Source of the DNA: Piromyces finnis finn
Taxonomy: Eukaryota > Fungi > Neocallimastigomycota
Assembly: GCA_002104945.1 (NCBI GenBank)
Contig: MCFH01000001.1
Coordinates: 1,550,001-1,614,000 of the forward strand
Direction of reading: 5' to 3'
Length of the DNA: 64,000 bases
Shown here: positions 1-16,702 of the stretch, one piece after another
Position numbering within the stretch: the stretch's first letter is position 1
How the letters are laid out: the number at the start of each line of letters is the position of its first letter
The notes under the pieces: model-generated
The model's input: only the letters and a program-made list of their open reading frames with translations
Told to the model about the DNA's origin: nothing
Databases searched by the model: none
Position numbers and translations under genes: made by a program

Positions 1-689
1 GTAGTAATAGAAATAATAATATTAGTAATGATAGCAATAGTGATGATAATAATTCTAATTTAGATAGTAATTTAGTTGATGATAGTAATAGTTCTAATAA
101 TCCGGTGAATATTAATGTGTATGATTATTCTAGTGTGTGCAGTAAAATATTTAAATTCCTTCTTGGGGGAAGAAGTTTTAACAATATTAATTACAATTCA
201 AGGGAATGGAAAGAACTTTGTAAGCGTCAGATTCAATCTGGTACTAACGAAGGAACACCATTCTTGACGGTAACCGCGGAACTTCTAACCAAAATCATGC
301 CTTTTGCTATTGGCCAGCAATGGTCAATGTTCAAAAGGTTTGAAGCAACATCCAAGAGCGTCAATGCTGAAGAAACAGTAAGACAGGCCAGGAGGGCCAG
401 CGCAACCAATGGAGATCATAATTTTGTCCCATGATAAAATTTTGATCTTTGGCTCGGTGTCCCATTGGAAGTCAAATACAATTATTATACTTTAGTATGA
501 TAGTGGCTTTCTTACTTTAATTAAAATTACTAGAATACATTATACCCAATTTTTATTCATTTGTGTTTATTTAAACATATTTTTTTTATTTTTAATTTTA
601 ATTTTTTATAGCATGTATTATAATTTTAATTAAATTAATAATAAAGTTTAAAAATATTTGATGCCGTTAAAAAAAAAAAAAAAAAAAAA
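1..689 (+). mobile_element. 3' end of a LINE (family 1) copy: ORF C-terminus, 3' UTR and poly(A) tail; runs off the window start
   Basis: ORF 105-434 is nearly identical to the last 109 aa of the 1507-aa ORF at 16966-21489. The 3' UTR matches 16726-16965 and ends TTTGATGCCGTT followed by A21 (669-689). Confidence 0.95.
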
Positions 690-1300
690 TTGGTGGAACT
701 TTAGCTTGTGATGAGCTACAAATCGATAAGACGGAACAAAGACATTTGAATAAACAGTTCTACAGTTCATCAGGATCTCATGTTCCATAGGTAGAGGGTC
801 TCGCGGCTTTTCTTACTAAAACAATCCCTATCATTAGTAGCTCAATGAGGCTACTTTTTGATAGGTTTAGTAAGACACCGAACGTAATCAAGAGCGCCGA
901 CGTCGTACCGATATGGCAGAGGAACATTCCTAATGTTCCGTACACAGGGTTCAATGTTAGTATTTCCTCAAATTCGAATGAAAACATTATGAACTCATGG
1001 GAGAGTTTAGTGAACACCACACTATCATACCTGATGTTACTTCTTTTTTTTATTTCATTTAATTTATTAGGTAGGGACCAATCCTACACAGTACAAATTG
1101 CAGAGTTCATTGAACTTTTATGCAACTTTAATAATTATTTTATATTATTTTATATTTTATATTTTTATTTATATATATTTTATTATTTATTATTTATTAT
1201 TTATTATATCAATATGTATTATCACCTAATATTATGTAATATCACAAATTAAATAAATAAATAAAAGATGTGTATTCTCTTCCTAGTCTAAAAAAAAAAA
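690..1300 (+). mobile_element. 5'-truncated 3' end of a second, divergent LINE family (family 2)
   Basis: Translates as ...VEGLAAFLTKTIPIISSSMRLLFDRFSK..., which aligns by eye to the family-1 C-terminus TAELLTKIMPFAIGQQWSMFKRFE. An A-run follows at 1290-1300. A homologous copy lies on the minus strand at about 29220-29660. Confidence 0.7.
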
Positions 1301-2962
1301 TCTTAAAAAAGAAACTTTCAGTTACCTCAATTTCCTTTTCAGCTCGTAGTAGAAGGAATCACAAATACACTTTTTCCACACTCAAACGTAAAATTTTAGT
1401 TTCTAATAAACATCAACAATCCCAGCAATAATCTGATCTTCAACAAGATCTTCAATGAGATTCCCAATATAAAAATGGTGATTCGTCCTGAATCAATAGA
1501 AAATCAGAACAAGAAAGATCCAACATTTTACTTAACAGGACAACCCATTCCAACTACTGACTGCTACACTTATCTTGGTGTTCCATTTGATAAGAATTTG
1601 TCCCTTAAACCAGTTATTAAAACTCCTAATAACAAGGTCTTGAAAGGACTTTTCTCAGTCAGTAAATTCTTAAGAAATCCTAATATTCCTATTCCCTTCA
1701 AAAAGCTAATACTTAACTCCCAAGTGATCAGCAGAGTTTCATACTTTGCACCATTACTTGGATCCAAAAAAGTTAGGTCTAGGATTGCTCCGAAGTATGT
1801 TAACAAAGGAATACAATGGGTTGTCGGAGTTCATAAAGCCGTATCGTTTATATCTCTATACTCTATCTTAAAAGATTTGAATATTCCTCCATTGATGTTT
1901 TAACAAATGGAAAAACTCAAATTGTATCATCTTACACCTTGTCAATTACATTACTAAATTTAGAAAATATACATGGTGCAAATCAAGTAGAACTCTTGGT
2001 AAAAAATTAAAGAAGCATGGAGATGTTAAAGCAGTTAAAAACTTTTATTGGAAAGATCTCAAAGGGAATTCAATCAAAGCGCAATATTATGATAATAATA
2101 AATTTATTGAAACTAAAGATTTTATTAAATTATGTTATGAGTACCCAGAGTTTGCCTATGGCTTCTACTGGCTATTGGAAGCAAGAAGCGGATACAAGTT
2201 GGATGCTAGAGTTGCCAAAGCTGCTAAATTTGTTGATCTAGTTTGTCCTAACTACTGTCCATGTTGCAAGTGTGGTGTTCAAAGTATTAAGCATTGGTTA
2301 TTAGAATGTCCAACATTTAGAGATATCCGTATTAAATATTACGATACCATAGTCCAGCTATTAAATTTTTTCAGTCAACGTAATTCCAACAGTCCTATCA
2401 ATAATATTGAAAATGTTAATATCAGTAGAGATAGTAATAATATTAATAATATTAGTAACAATAGTAATAATAATAATAGTAGTAATAGAAATAATAATAT
2501 TAGTAATGATAGCAGTAGTGAAGATAATAATTCTAATTTAGATAGTATTATAGTTAATAATAATATCAATTACAATTCAAGGAAATGAAAAGAACTTTGC
2601 AAGTGTCAGATTCAATCAGGCACTTACGAAGGAACACCATTTTTGTCGGGAACAGCGGAACTTCTAACTAAAATCATGCCTTTTGCTATTGACCAGCAAT
2701 GGCCAAGTTTAAAAGGTTTGAAGCAACAGGCAAGAGCGTCAATAATGAAGAAACAGTAAGACAGGCCAAGAGGGCCAGGGCAACTAATGGAGATCATAAC
2801 TTTGACCCATGACAAAATTTTAATCTTTAGCTCGGTGTCCCATTGGAAGTCAATATAATTATTCATTTGTGTTTATTTAAACATATATATATATATATTT
2901 TTATTTTCATTTTTAATTTTATTTTTTATTATAATTTTAATTAAATTAATAATAAAGTTTAA
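1301..2962 (+). mobile_element. Internally deleted, frameshifted family-1 LINE copy (endonuclease and RT missing)
   Basis: 1301-1455 matches the N-terminal LKKKLSVTSISFSARSRRNHKY region, then jumps to MVIRPESIENQ (post-RT), a loss of about 2.5 kb. It continues through CPCC..H..EC and the 3' UTR with frameshifts (ORFs 1475-1903 and 2175-2588) and lacks the terminal GCCGTT-poly(A). Confidence 0.9.
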
Positions 2963-2989
2963 TGGAAGTAAAACCCTCAGATATATTAA

Positions 2990-3340
2990 TAACAAATTAC
3001 TATATTCAAATTGCTTAGTGCATATCGGTCTCAACAAACTTCATTTAAATTTAGAATTTACTTGGATTATTTGTATTCGTTGCGGTTATGAAAACACTAC
3101 TAGAACTGCTATTGCCAGTAATAGAGTTACTCCTGACTGCATTCGTGTCTGTCCATGTTGCTATATAATAAACAATCTTTTTACCATTGAATTTTAGAAT
3201 GTTCTGCATTATCTGAATACAGAATTTCTTCCCTTAGTTTTCTTGGCGATCTTTTTATCCTTTTTCATAATAAATATTCAAGTGTAATAGTGACTTTAAT
3301 TAAAATTATTAGAATATATTATACTTATTTTTTATTCATT
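2990..3340 (+). mobile_element. Degenerate family-2 LINE fragment (CCHC knuckle region), followed by a piece of family-1-like 3' UTR
   Basis: Translates across a frameshift and stop as WIICIRCGYENTTRTAIASNRVTPDCIRVCPCC...QSFYH*ILECSALSEYR, homologous to family-1 WLLKARSGY...CPCC...SIKHWLLDC. It also matches about 29760-29860 on the minus strand. Confidence 0.7.
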
Positions 3341-3379
3341 TGTTTGTGTTTAATTAGTTAATGCTATGTAAGAAAAACC

Positions 3380-3880
3380 AGATGTATGGTATGACTATTA
3401 TGTTACATACAATTGTGAGTCTTGATTTGGAGCGTTGGTATGAAGAACCAGCAAATAAATGATCTTTATTTTCTATTCTCGAAGAATAGAGTATCAATCA
3501 AAATATTAATATTGATGAAGTTAAGTGAACAATTCTTGTTACTCTAAATTATAAATATTAAATTATATCCTGATTAATTTTGCATAGTATTAATTCATTT
3601 GACTAATGCTTCTGATAATATTTTTTTTTAGGAAGTAATCCCTCTAGGAATAATACTTCTAGTAATGATATTTCTGGTAACAATACATCTGGTAATAATG
3701 TTCTTAGTTTAAATTTTATTCATATATTGTTCGAATTTGAGATGATGCCCTTTCTAGCTCATAGAATAGATCAAGTATTGTAGCGATTTTTAAAAAAGGA
3801 AACTTTATAGATTACAATAATTATCATGATATTTTACTTATTAATAATGATATCAAATTAATTTCAGAATATAGCCTTAA
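3380..3880 (+). pseudogene. Heavily mutated LINE linker/RT N-terminal relic
   Basis: Recognisable DVWYD..., LERWYEEPANK, INQNINIDEVK and KKGNFIDYNNYHDILLINNDIKLIS, versus intact DVWHD, LEHWYEEPTNK, INQDISIDEVK and KKGDLTDCDNYRGISLINNGIKLIS. Many stop codons. Confidence 0.8.
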
Positions 3881-4095
3881 TATTAATTTTATTAAATTTG
3901 TCTTTTTTAAAAAAAAAAGAGTCTTATTTTATATTTTTAATATATAGGAAATAAATACAAAAAATAATAAAGTAGAGATGAAAAATAATATAATTGTGAT
4001 AAATTAATAATAAACTATAATGTAGATATTATGTAGATATATAATAATCTATGATAGTAACTATTAAAAATACTAATACTAGAAAATAGTTCAAT

Positions 4096-4097
4096 AA

Positions 4098-4188
<91 letters not shown>

Positions 4189-4205
4189 ATATATATATAT
4201 ATATA
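4096..4205. repeat. (TAAA)n microsatellite followed by (AT)n
   Basis: About 23 TAAA units seen directly. Confidence 0.95.
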
Positions 4206-6051
4206 AAAGATTATGTTGTAATATATTTTTTTTAATAACATATGTTTAATTTTTGATTTTGCTCAAATGCTAACTTTGACATTTATTTAATATCTTTATT
4301 TTTTTAATTACAATAAAATATATACATCATTATATAAAATTTATTTTAAACATCCATTTAATTCTTTTTTTATTAATTTTTTTTTTATTATTTATTTTAT
4401 GGTGTATTTTCTAATACTTTTATTTTTATTTTTTTATGTAAAATACAAATCTATAAATAAATTAACTTTTCATAATTTGGTAATATATTATAAAATGATA
4501 TGTATTTATATATTAGTTGGTGTCATTTTTAATGTTTTATGTTTTAAGATTTTAGTATATAATGAAAATGTTTTTTTCATAAAATTATAATTATTCTAGT
4601 TTTATTGCTTTATTACTTCTGTACATTATTATTTTAAATGTTTATATTGAGTGTGTTGAATATTTTATTATTATTTTTTTTTTAGATTATAATAATAATT
4701 CATTAAATAATGCTTTATAAGTTTTAATATATTTTATATATAATTGGATTTATCATTAAATTTCACATTTATTTTTTTAAATAATAATTTGTATTTAATA
4801 ATACATATTAAATAATGTATTTGAAACCTAATTTTATACTAAATGAAAATAATTTTTTATCGATTTCATTTTGGTAAAAAAGAATTATAAAGAATTCAAA
4901 AATTTTTATAAAATTTTATTATTTATTATTTATTCTGTAAATAATCTTGTAGTTATTCAGAGGAAAAAAACAAACAAACAAACAAACAAAAAAAAGAATA
5001 TATACATATACATTTTAGTAATCCTAAAGATAAACATTATTTTTAATTAAAAATAATAATCCTATGGAAAGATTTTATTAGAGAATATTGATAATCTTAA
5101 TAAATATATTAAAACTAATTAATATTGTTTTAATTATTATAATTCTATATGTTTTAAAAATTTATTTGATTTATAATACGTAACTATATAAATATCGACA
5201 TTTTATTTTAAAAATCTTATATTTATAAGCAATAATAAAATAAAACATATTAAACAAATTATTAAAATCTTTATTTAATAATATTTGTATATATAAATTA
5301 GTAACTGTAAATTAGTATAAATTCAATTTTTATATAAATATTTAAGTAATATATTTATTTAATTATATATTATGTTTTTTTTTTCTATATAAAATATTTA
5401 ATATTTTCGAAAAATATTAAAAATTAGAACAAAAAAAAAAAGTAAACAATAATTAAATTTTTGTATAAAAAACAATAAGAAATTGAAATTGCATCATTAA
5501 TTTCGAAATTTTATTAAAACATTACAGTAATTCTTTTATAATATAGAAATTAAGCATTCATAAAGTTAATTTCAAATATAAAATAAAATTATTTTAAAAT
5601 AATGTTATATTTTTAATAGTAGTAAAAAGAAGATAAAAAAAAAGAGTATGTTAATTGAAATTGAATATATATTTTTAAATATAAAAAATAATATTTAATT
5701 TTATGACAACACCTATAATAATAAAATACAAGTGTTATTAATACAAACTTAAATAAAATAACCATTATTATTATTTTTATCTTTACTAATATTTTAATAA
5801 ATGAGTAATAAGATATCATATTGAAGAAATTTATATAATATAGATAAAAATTTATATATATATATATATAGAAGTCATTATAAAAATAATAACAACAGTA
5901 ATTAAAATAATAATTAATAACAACATAAAAATTCTGATAATATTATAGCATTTTTTATTATAGTATAATATTTATTTATATATAAACGTTATATTGATTT
6001 ATAGTTTTGAATAATAAATATAAAATATAAGTAATAATAATAATAATAATA

Positions 6052-9347
<3,296 letters not shown>

Positions 9348-9921
9348 TAAATATCCGAAATTAAAAGTTACAACCAAAAAAAGTAAAAATAAAAATAATA
9401 AAACATTTTATTTTTCTGCCAAAACAAGCAAAACAAGGTGATATCCAATAAAGATATGTTAAACGTTACAAAAATAATTCCATGTTACAAAAACATAATA
9501 CACTTTAACCATCCATATTAATAATAATAATAAAAATAATAATAAAAAAAATAATAATAAAATAATTTATATTATTTATAAACAATCTGTATGATTAAAT
9601 AAAAGAAATAATATTACTTTGATATATATTTTATGAACTATCAATATTATAACATATGGGTAGACATTTATATATATATATACATATTTTTAAAAAAAGA
9701 ATAAAGATAAAAGAATTAAGGCAATAAAAAAAAAAGTAGGAAGAAAAATGAAAGCAAAAATATTATAACACAAAAAACAACCCTTTATATCTATAATATA
9801 AAATTTATTTGTAACTAATCTATTTTATACCAATATTTCCAATTATAAACACATACAAAAAAAGAAATGTATCAATTTATTAAAATATATATACAAATTT
9901 TTTATATAGTTTTATTTGTAA

Positions 9922-9957
<36 letters not shown>

Positions 9958-10638
9958 AAAATAATAAAATAATAAAATAAAAAAAATAAAAAAAAAAAAT
10001 AAAAATAAAAATGAAAAGCAAAGAATAATTTCAATTTTAACATTGCTATATATAAAATATATTTATATATATTTATGTGAAATAGTATTATGGAAAAAGG
10101 AAAAGTAATTTTATTTTGTTAATATTATTATCTATTATAGGAAAAACAAATATATTAATTATATTTTTGTTTGATAAATATATAAAAATTTATATATAAA
10201 TAATTTATATTTAAATAAAGAAAATAACATGTATGTATCCAATATGTATATAAATAATAATAATAATAAAAAAAAAATTAAAGGTTAAAAAAAAAAAAAA
10301 CATATATTTTATATATTATTTTATTTTTGAATTTTAATTTTTTTTTTTTTTTGAAAGTATTTAGTTATACAAGCTAGATGAAACGCATAATAAACTGTTA
10401 TTTATATTTAATTATTATGTGCATGATAAAATGTTATTAATAATTATATGCATTATTATTATAATAAAAAAAAAAAAGTTTCAAAAACGTTAATATTGCT
10501 TTTTTGAAACAGTAATATTTATTATTTAAATTATTATTTATTTTTTAAATCAATTAAAGATCATTATTATTTTTATTTTTATTTTTATTATCATTATTTA
10601 TGATAGAAAATATTATTTATTCTTAATTTTGTAATTTT

Positions 10639-11664
10639 TTAGTTAATTGGATTTGGTGATGGTTCACAATATTCTATCTTCTTTTTAGGTTCTGTTGAAA
10701 TATTTAAATTAGCTTTATCATTTTTATCTTTACTCAAGTTTTTATTTATTCTCATATCCTTTTCCTTTTGTTGTAAGACATCTAATTGAGGTAACCAGTA
10801 AGGAAGTAATGGAACACGGTCTTTATTTAATACAGATACACCATGAACAAATTTTGAGAATTTTGGAACTTGTTCAACCTTTTTTTTTTATTATTATTAT
10901 TTTTTTTAATTATATTAATTTTTCCATTATATTAGATAAAATTTTATTTTATGATCAATATATTATATATATTAAAAATAAGTAATATTAATAAAGTTAA
11001 TGTTATAAAATAAATATTATAAGGTAGCATATACTTTATAATATATATTGTATTTGATATATATATTTACCAAATGACTATTAATCAAATCTTCAATCCA
11101 TTGTGGAGCTTTAACACCGTATTGAGTTTGAAGTTTAATTTCTAAAATACCAAATGGGAATCGAGTAATATCTTCATCTGGAAGATATTTAAATGGGAAA
11201 TCAGTTTTAACATCTTCTCTACGCCAATTATCTTTTGATCTTGGTTTATTATAATTATCCTCTCTAATCATACATAAATCGGTATCTAAAGAAATACGAA
11301 TACGAGCATGATCTGGAAATTGGAAAGCAATTCTATTATAAAATGTTCTTAATGCTGGTTTTAAACCCTTTTTTATAACAACATTTTGATATTCTGTTGA
11401 AAATCTTTCTAATTCTTGAAGTTGTTCTTCTGTTTTCAATCCATTTTCACGATAATACTTGATTTTTTCTTCAAAATTATATTTTCCTGCTAAATAATCA
11501 TTAACATATTTTTCTTCCAATGGGAATCTTTCTTTATGACTAGATTCACTAATTTCGGCACCTTGATTAATTTTTCTTTCCATATATACAGTATCTGAAT
11601 CATCAACAGCACCATACCAACGAATTCTAAATGCCTATTGTTTCAATTTTTAAAAGTTTTTATC

Positions 11665-11707
<43 letters not shown>

Positions 11708-13137
11708 TAATAATAATAATTAAAATTAAAAAATAATTAACATTTTATTCAATGATGTTATTGTTGATACTTTGCTATTTTTATTATTATATGCACTTAT
11801 TTTTAAATATATATTTACTTCTGCTCCTTTTAATAACTTTAATCTTCCAACATATAAATCAAAGTTATCATTATCGAAATAAATAGAAGTAATTCCTGGA
11901 TCAAATCTTGTTGCTTTTGGGTTATAAATATTTACAGGAAGGTGTTTCAATATACTACATTTCACAGCAGTAATATTATCTATGTTCAAAATATAGTTAT
12001 ATATTTATGCATAAAATTTTATTACAATAATTAATAATTAATATAATTAAGAAATAGAGTAATAATAATATTAAAATGATTAAGAAAAGTAAATAATATA
12101 TACTTTGGTGAACCCAATATTTTGAGGTGGATCGAACAAAGTGCTCTGTTCCTGTGTTATTATTACTTTTTGCATTTTTAAATGGATCAATATTAGTGAT
12201 AGCAAAAAGTTTAGAAAGCTTAATAATTAATTCATTAAAATTCAAATCGAATGGATAAGCTTTTAGTTCCTCGACATAATTCATTTTAATTTTATAATTT
12301 GTTAATCTATCATGTTTTTTCAAAATCTTGTTTATTGTATATATTTAATTTATAAGATATATCATTATTTGTTAAAAAAAAAAAAAAGAAAGAAAGAAAA
12401 AAAAAAGGGGGAAAAAGAAAAATAATATATATTATTGTAATTATAATAATTAATGATGATAAATATATGTATTGGATAAAAATTACAGTATTTTTATATA
12501 TATCTAGTTTTTATTAAATTACTCATAATTATGAATAATACCTTCATAAAACCTAAACCATTTAATCTTATATATGTATCTAATTCCAAAATTTCATTTG
12601 TAGCAATAGATAATTGTTCATTGATATCAGAGTAATCGGTATTTTCAGATTTTGGAAGTTCATTTATTTTATCTTCACAACTTTTAATGACATTTTTTAA
12701 TTCATCGTATTTATTTACTATAAAATTACTGACCTTTATTAATTGTAATTATTATTATTATTTATTAATATTATGCTATATTTACTAAATATGAAAGTAT
12801 TTATTATAAATATACCAGCTGTAATTCTTCATTTATTCTATTTTTAAAGTATTCTTCTTCCTCTCCTCCAAATGGAACTTTATTTTTTAAAAAAAGTTTT
12901 AAATCAATATAATGGCTATGTAATTAAATTTTAACAAATAAATATATAGAATTTATGGATAGTTAGTAGATTTTCTTTTCTTTTCTTTCTTTCTTTTCTT
13001 TTTTTTTTTTTTTTTAAAAAATAAAAACATAATATATAAACAACCATTGTTTATTAAATGATTATATATAATAATTACATATAGTATTCTTTCCATTCTT
13101 GTTTTAATTGATAAAGCAAACAGTTACCAAATTTCAT
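10639..13137 (-). CDS. VTC4: Vtc4-type polyphosphate polymerase: SPX domain plus VTC/TTM catalytic domain, with no C-terminal DUF202 transmembrane domain (multi-exon)
   Basis: Spliced motifs MKFGNCLL...[87 protein letters not shown] and LLPYWLPQ. The stop codon TAA is at 10639-10641. Confidence 0.85.
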
Positions 13138-13233
13138 TTTTGATAATATTATTAATTACAATATTAGAATTTCGATTTATTTTTATAATTAATAATATAG
13201 TTATGAAGTACAATTTATGTTATAAAGTTTAGA

Positions 13234-13272
<39 letters not shown>

Positions 13273-13696
13273 AACCAATATATCATATATTTGGTAAATA
13301 TTGATATTTGATATACTTTTCTTGAAAACTATATACTTTGATAATTGATTATATCTATATTTTTGTTTCTGCTTTATTAATACATGTATTTAGGTATTAA
13401 TATTTATTTTTTTATCAAAGACAGTTGTTTTTGACTATCGAAAAGGTTTATTGGAGGGTAGTATAATTTTTAAAAATTTTTTATTTCTGTCAATAAAATT
13501 AAAGATAAAATTTTAGTACTAAATAATGAGAATTTTTATGTAAATATATATTTTGTATAAACTATAATAGTTAGGATTTTTAAAATTTCTTGGATATTAA
13601 ATTAACTATAATACTAAATATTTTATGCAATAAAACATATTTTTTACTTTAATATAATTATATTATTATTATTATTATAATTATTATTTATTATCA

Positions 13697-13747
<51 letters not shown>

Positions 13748-15431
13748 TATTATCAATTATTATTATTATTATTTATTATTATTATTATGCTTATTATGTT
13801 TATTATGTTTATTATTATTATTATTATTATCATTATATTATTTAGGATTTAGTAGATATTTAGTAATTATCTATTACTTATTACTATTATTATTACTTTT
13901 TTTTTTGCTATTAGTTTAATGATTAGTTTTTAAGGGGATACTGTGAATGAAGTATTAATGTAATATTATTAAATATTTTAATATTGACTTTTGACTTATT
14001 CCTTTTTAGTTATTTATTATTACTACAAATTCATTATATATATGTTAATTATATTATATTACTAATTATACAATTCTACCATTAATTTATACTAGAAGAT
14101 ATTTTTAATTTTAATTATATTTTTTCATTTATAAAAACATGATTTAATTAATGAATAATTATTATTAAATTAGTTTTATAATACATCCTATATTATATAT
14201 AATAAACTTTACTATCTATCAATAAAATATTATTAAATTAGGTTTAATGATTGTAATTGAATAATCATTACAATGATTAATTTTAAATTAATTTTTATAA
14301 AAAATGATACATATAAATATTTTGAAATAAAGTATATTATAATAAATACCAATAATATATAATGATATGTGATAAATTTATTTATTTGCCAACATTACTT
14401 AAATCTCATTTGCTATTTTATTTTTTGAATTTTATTATTAATGTATTTATTTATTTAAATAAATAATATACATTCATTTACTATATTCCAATGTAACATT
14501 TTAGGGATGATTAATTACTATCACGGCTAATAAATAAATTAATTTTTAAACATAAAAAAAAAAGTGAGATGAAATTTTTTGATAAAACTATTAAAATTTA
14601 TATTACATGACTGAGTTAATTTTTCTTTATTGTATTAAATAATTTTTTAATCTCATATGTTTTATGCTTTTTTTATGTATGTTTAGAAACTATTATTATT
14701 ATATTCTTTTTTTTTTTTTTTGTAATTCCGGTAGATAATTATTTCAAATATTTTTTATATTTTTACTTACTTGTAATAAATAATAGCTTTTGTTGAAATA
14801 TAATTTATAATTATTGAATTAACTATACAAGTTTTTTTTTTTATTAATATTTATAAATTATTATAGATTTATTATTATTAAAATCTTTATGTTTTTAACT
14901 ATTGTAATTGAATATTCTCATGATTAAAATTGATAGTGTTTTAATATTTTCTTTGAGGATTTAAAAAAAAAAAAAAAGGATTATTATTTGACCTTTTATA
15001 CCCTTCAATTTTTAATTGATCAGATAAAGTTTAATAAAAAAAATTTTTTTATTAAAAAAAAAAAAAAACCGTTTTTAACAAAATTTGATATTGTAATATA
15101 GTTATGAGCTGTAAATGTAATGTTGACACTATGAACTTTATTATTAGTATATCATAAAGTAATAATAAAATTTATTATAATTTAAAATTAATATTTTATA
15201 AAGTTTCTATAATTAATAAAAATCGTTATTTAAAAATAAAAAGAAATAAAATTGGATCTATTATTGCTATTTAAATAATATAGAATGTTCATATAAAATA
15301 TTTAAGAAAATTTATGTTAATGTAGTTAATATAACAGTATGATACATATAATTTACTATTTAATTATAAGTTTTTTAGAGACAACCTATATGTTATATTT
15401 TCTTGTAATAAATGACAGGGTTTAATTTCTG

Positions 15432-15468
<37 letters not shown>

Positions 15469-15659
15469 CGACTATAAGTTTTATTATTATATTAATTAAT
15501 ATTTAAAGAATAAAAAATAAATAAGAAACAATGAATTTTAAAAGAAGTAGCAAAACTTTATAAATCGTTATGTTATATGTGTATAATAATTATACTCAAC
15601 TTCTAATGTAATTAAAAGTATAATATCAAAATTTGTCAATTTAGTAGAAGATGAAATTA

Positions 15660-16245
15660 TAATCAATGTTGGTTGCGTTAATTTTTTTTTTAGTATAGAT
15701 CCTACTTTTGAGCTTTTTGATAATTATTATTGACCCATAAAAATTTAAGTACGGTAGAAGTTCAATAACTTCAAAAGATTTTTCATAAATATCTGGTTTA
15801 ATTTGTGGTTAATAAAATTCTTTCTATTCTTTTGAATGTTAAAGATTTCTTCCCCTAGGAAGAATTAACATTCATATTTGTTCGCATTAGAATAATATAT
15901 ATATTAATATATTCACTAGAATATTAAAACTATTATTATATAAATTATTATATAGGCTATAAAGAAAACTATTTAAATTTAAAGAATTAGAATTATTATT
16001 TTCATCGTTGCTATAAAATCATTATAGAGGTCATTCAATTAATCATTATAAAATACTTTGATTAACAATTCTAACAACATGGATGATAGTTCGTAATTTA
16101 GTAATATTAGCATTTGTATTTACATTTTATTTTCAATAGCAGCAGAAATTATATAAGAATCCTGAATGTATATAACTTTAGTTTCTTTAAATTCATCATC
16201 ATTAATTAGTTTTCTTTTGCAATCTTTCCAATTAACGTTTTTTTT
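15660..16245 (-). pseudogene. Old, highly degenerate LINE 3' relic (knuckle and C-terminal region)
   Basis: Minus-strand aactatcatccatgttgt...atcaaagtatt and ttcttcctaggggaagaaatctttaac align to family-1 aactactgtccatgttgc...atcaaagtatt and ttccttcttgggggaagaagttttaac. Confidence 0.65.
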
Positions 16246-16439
16246 TTTTTTTTTTTTTTTTTCAGAATAAATAAAAAAAAAAAATGGTAATAGAAATATA
16301 TGTATTAATGAAAATTAAAATAATAAATTAGGCTCGAAACATGAAATTGGTACAACTCTTTTTTTTTTTAAACAACAACAGATATTTTCAAAAAAATTTT
16401 TTTTATTATTGTTTAAATTAAAAATAGGACAACTTTATT

Positions 16440-16702
16440 CTAATTTTTTTTTTTAACGTCAAATTATTTTTAAAAACTTTTATTAATTTAATTAAAATTA
16501 TAAAACATGTTATAAAAAATAAAAATAAGAAAAAAAAAATATGTCGAAGTAAGCACAAATGAATAAAAATTGAGTATAATGTATTCGAGTCATTTTAATT
16601 AAAGTAAGAAAGCCAACATTATATTAAAGCATTTGACTTTCAATGGGACACCGAGCCAAAGATTAAAATTTTATCATGGGACAAAATTTTGATCTCCATT
16701 GG
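16440..16702 (-). mobile_element. Downstream half (last codons, 3' UTR, eroded poly(A)) of an older family-1 copy interrupted by the full-length LINE
   Basis: Minus strand starts CCAATGGAGATC (TNGD), contains the 3' UTR motif ggctcggtgtcccatt, and ends gacgtt plus an A-run near 16444-16454. Confidence 0.85.

Noticed and set aside
12915-13085. Apparent frameshift at the first VTC intron
   Set aside because: The correct phase-2 GT-AG junction (TAT AT|GTAATT...CATAG|C CAT) restores the frame, giving YYIHYIDLK.
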